From: Spirochaetia bacterium
GTDB lineage: Bacteria > Spirochaetota > Spirochaetia > SP-2023
DNA length: 64,000 nt
Reading direction: 5' to 3'
NCBI GenBank assembly: GCA_965263295.1
Contig: OZ253665.1
Coordinates: 1,600,001 to 1,664,000 of the forward strand
Of the stretch, positions 61,803-64,000 are shown piece after piece. The position numbers and the translations under genes are program-made. The notes beneath the pieces are model-generated. The model did not search any database. It was given only the letters and a program-made list of their open reading frames with translations, and was not told the origin of the DNA. Positions within the stretch are counted from its first letter, which is position 1, and every line of letters starts with the position of its first letter.

Positions 61803-63080
61803 CTAGCCGCGCATCAAACGGATAACTTTTTCTAGGCCTTCACAAAGCTTCTCTACGTCATTTACATTATTATAAACAGCAAAAGATGCACGCGTAGTCG
61901 CCGCCAGACCAAGCTGGGCCATCAACGGTTGCGCACAGTGATGGCCAGCGCGTACAGCAACGTCTGCGCTGTCGAGTATACTGCTAATGTCGTGCGGATG
62001 CACCCCGTCAATGACGAAGGAAAGCACTCCCACTTTGCGCCCCAAGTCTGCCTCGTCACCGATAATTCGGATTTTCTCCAGGCTCGGTCTGTTGCGCAGG
62101 GCCTCTGTGGCCAGACGCAAAAGCTCTGCTTCGTGGGCACACAGCAGTTCCAATGGCAAAGCCTGAAAATACTCAAGGGCCACGCCGAGGCCCACCACCG
62201 CAGAAACGGGCATAGTCCCCGCCTCAAAACGCTGCGGTGGCGGAGCAAAAGTGGTTTCTGCAACTGAGACAAACTCAATCATATCCCCGCCTGTCTGGTA
62301 AGGCGGCATTGTCTCTAGCAAGTCCCTGCGGCCATACAAAACACCGACACCGTCTGGCCCGTAGACCTTGTGCCCAGAAAACACATAAAAGTCACAGCCC
62401 AGTTCACGGACATCCACGGCAGCATGTAATACCGCCTGAGCCCCGTCGAGCAAGACAGGAATGCCCTTGAGCCGCGCCATCTGGCATAATTCCACAACTG
62501 GGTTGACTTGCCCCAATACATTGGAAGTGTGATTCAAAGCCAGGATGCGCGTGCGCTGATCCAGAAGTGTCTCGGCGGCTTCCCAATCCAGGCGTACCTG
62601 CAGATGCTTGCGAAAGGCGCCTTCAACTTCGCCAAACTTTAGTGGAATAATGCGCAATTCGGCGCCGAACTTTTGGCACAATTGCTGCCAAGGTACAAAG
62701 TTGGCATGGTGTTCCAGAGCACTGATAACAATATTATCTCCGGCCTTTAGACGGGGGGCCACGAAACTGTGGGCCAACAGATTGACGGCCTCAGTGGCGC
62801 CGCGAGTAAAAACGATTTCCGCAGCGTGTTCCGCACCGATAAAGCGCGCGGCAATTTTACGCACATTTTCATACATCTGAGTGACCTGAGCACTCAAGCG
62901 ATACACCCCCCGGTGCAGCGGCGCGTTCTGATGAATCCAAAACTGTTGCAAAAAATCTATTAACTGGCGCGGCTTTTGAGTCGTAGCAGCGCTGTCGAGA
63001 TAAGCTAAGTCTGGGTAAAAAGCAAAAATCGGGAATTCGTTACGCCGTTCAGCCGCAAAATTTTGCAATCGGCTATCCAT
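61803..63080 (-). CDS. sufS: SufS cysteine desulfurase
   Basis: YLDSAATTQKP, EHHAN.VPW, DGAQ, FSGHK, FEAGT, RAGHHCAQP. Confidence 0.95.
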   Translation of the reverse strand: MDSRLQNFAAERRNEFPIFAFYPDLAYLDSAATTQKPRQLIDFLQQFWIHQNAPLHRGVYRLSAQVTQMYENVRKIAARFIGAEHAAEIVFTRGATEAVNLLAHSFVAPRLKAGDNIVISALEHHANFVPWQQLCQKFGAELRIIPLKFGEVEGAFRKHLQVRLDWEAAETLLDQRTRILALNHTSNVLGQVNPVVELCQMARLKGIPVLLDGAQAVLHAAVDVRELGCDFYVFSGHKVYGPDGVGVLYGRRDLLETMPPYQTGGDMIEFVSVAETTFAPPPQRFEAGTMPVSAVVGLGVALEYFQALPLELLCAHEAELLRLATEALRNRPSLEKIRIIGDEADLGRKVGVLSFVIDGVHPHDISSILDSADVAVRAGHHCAQPLMAQLGLAATTRASFAVYNNVNDVEKLCEGLEKVIRLMRG

Positions 63081-63180
63081 AGAGTATTTCCTTCTTCATG
63101 TTTGTTTTGCACCCGTTTAAAGTTCGATTATTGTTTACTGCCGTTCTCAGAAACAACTCAAAAAGGCAAAAGCATCCGAC

Positions 63181-64000
63181 TCATGAATTGCGTTCCCCCA
63201 GCAGATTCTGCAAGCACCCCGGAATATTCAGGACATGGAGCAGCTCATCGGCAAAATAAGTACTAACCTCTTCGACGAAGCCAACCACCGCCATCCGCAT
63301 GGCCAAAGGTTGGCTCAGACCACGCGAGCGCATGTAAAACAGCTCTTCGGCGTCAATACTGCCCGTCGAAGAGCCGTGACTGCACTTCAAGTCGTCAATC
63401 TCAATTTCCAGCTGCGGCCGGGCAATGGCGCGAGCATTATCGGCAAGCAAGAGGTTCTGGTTGTTCTGCGAGGCATTTGTGCCGACGGCATTGTTGTCGG
63501 CATGAATAATACCGTAAAATTCACTAGTAGCTTGATCAAACAAGACATTTTTATAGAGGCACTGGGAGCTGGAATTCGGAGCCAAATGCTGACTCTCACA
63601 GCGCAGATGATAGCGCGAACTGTTCTCCCCAAAGCAGATACTGCACATCTGGACATCCGCACCCTCGCCGCAAATGGCTAGACGTGCGTCGTGAACAGCG
63701 AGATCCATGCCCCAATAAAACAGTGCCGCATTCACTCTACCCCGCGCAGCCACCTGCGCGCGCAAAGTTACGCTGCGCACATGGGTCTTGTTTGCCCCGG
63801 AAACGTTGTGGGCGTCATGGGAAATATATTCACCCAAGCCAGGGCCGCGTTCCAACAAGGTTAGCCGGGCACCCTCACCCACATGGAAGTGGAAATATGG
63901 ATTCCAGTAAACCCGATTGCCGAGCGCACGCGTGTCCAACAATACACAAACATCAGATCCCGCAGGCACCGCGAAATATAGACGTGGAGCCTGGTAGCTT
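63181..64000 (-). CDS. sufD: SufD, 3' part (5' end beyond the window)
   Basis: Beta-helix with Q.N.NLLL...A...PQLEI..DD.KCSHG, LFYMRSRG; upstream of sufS. Confidence 0.88.
   Translation of the reverse strand, partial: SYQAPRLYFAVPAGSDVCVLLDTRALGNRVYWNPYFHFHVGEGARLTLLERGPGLGEYISHDAHNVSGANKTHVRSVTLRAQVAARGRVNAALFYWGMDLAVHDARLAICGEGADVQMCSICFGENSSRYHLRCESQHLAPNSSSQCLYKNVLFDQATSEFYGIIHADNNAVGTNASQNNQNLLLADNARAIARPQLEIEIDDLKCSHGSSTGSIDAEELFYMRSRGLSQPLAMRMAVVGFVEEVSTYFADELLHVLNIPGCLQNLLGERNS

Overview
Mostly core chromosome of a spirochete (Spirochaetales-like). The assignment rests on the dnaG-rpoD-Zn-ribbon-rnpB-TPR-mreBCD-mrdA-rodA gene order, a spiro-SPASM protein, a solo groES and a lipobox lipoprotein. 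The window holds a GldA/F/G-like ABC module, valS, a TPP-riboswitch-controlled thiamine/HMP uptake operon, rny, era, metG, an isolated leuCD pair, ftsI, a Maf glycosyltransferase, an Sfp-type PPTase, uvrC, dapB, selO, a pseudaminic-acid cluster (pseBCGHI, no pseF), a dihydroorotase and the end of a suf operon. RNA genes are three tRNAs, RNase P RNA and a probable 6S RNA. The most interesting leads are: (1) an in-frame fusion of a RibL-like (archaeal FAD synthetase-type) nucleotidyltransferase to a full DMT transporter; (2) a pse pathway lacking its CMP-synthetase in a window that also encodes Maf and spiro-SPASM, whose family has a cytidylyltransferase-related N-terminal domain; (3) a structured, possibly pseudoknotted leader upstream of rny; (4) a ~4 kb islet beside tRNA-Arg with two tandem palindromic MITE-like elements, a poly-G promoter and a lipoprotein with a duplication-rich tip. 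All calls come from reading motifs by eye; no searches were run.
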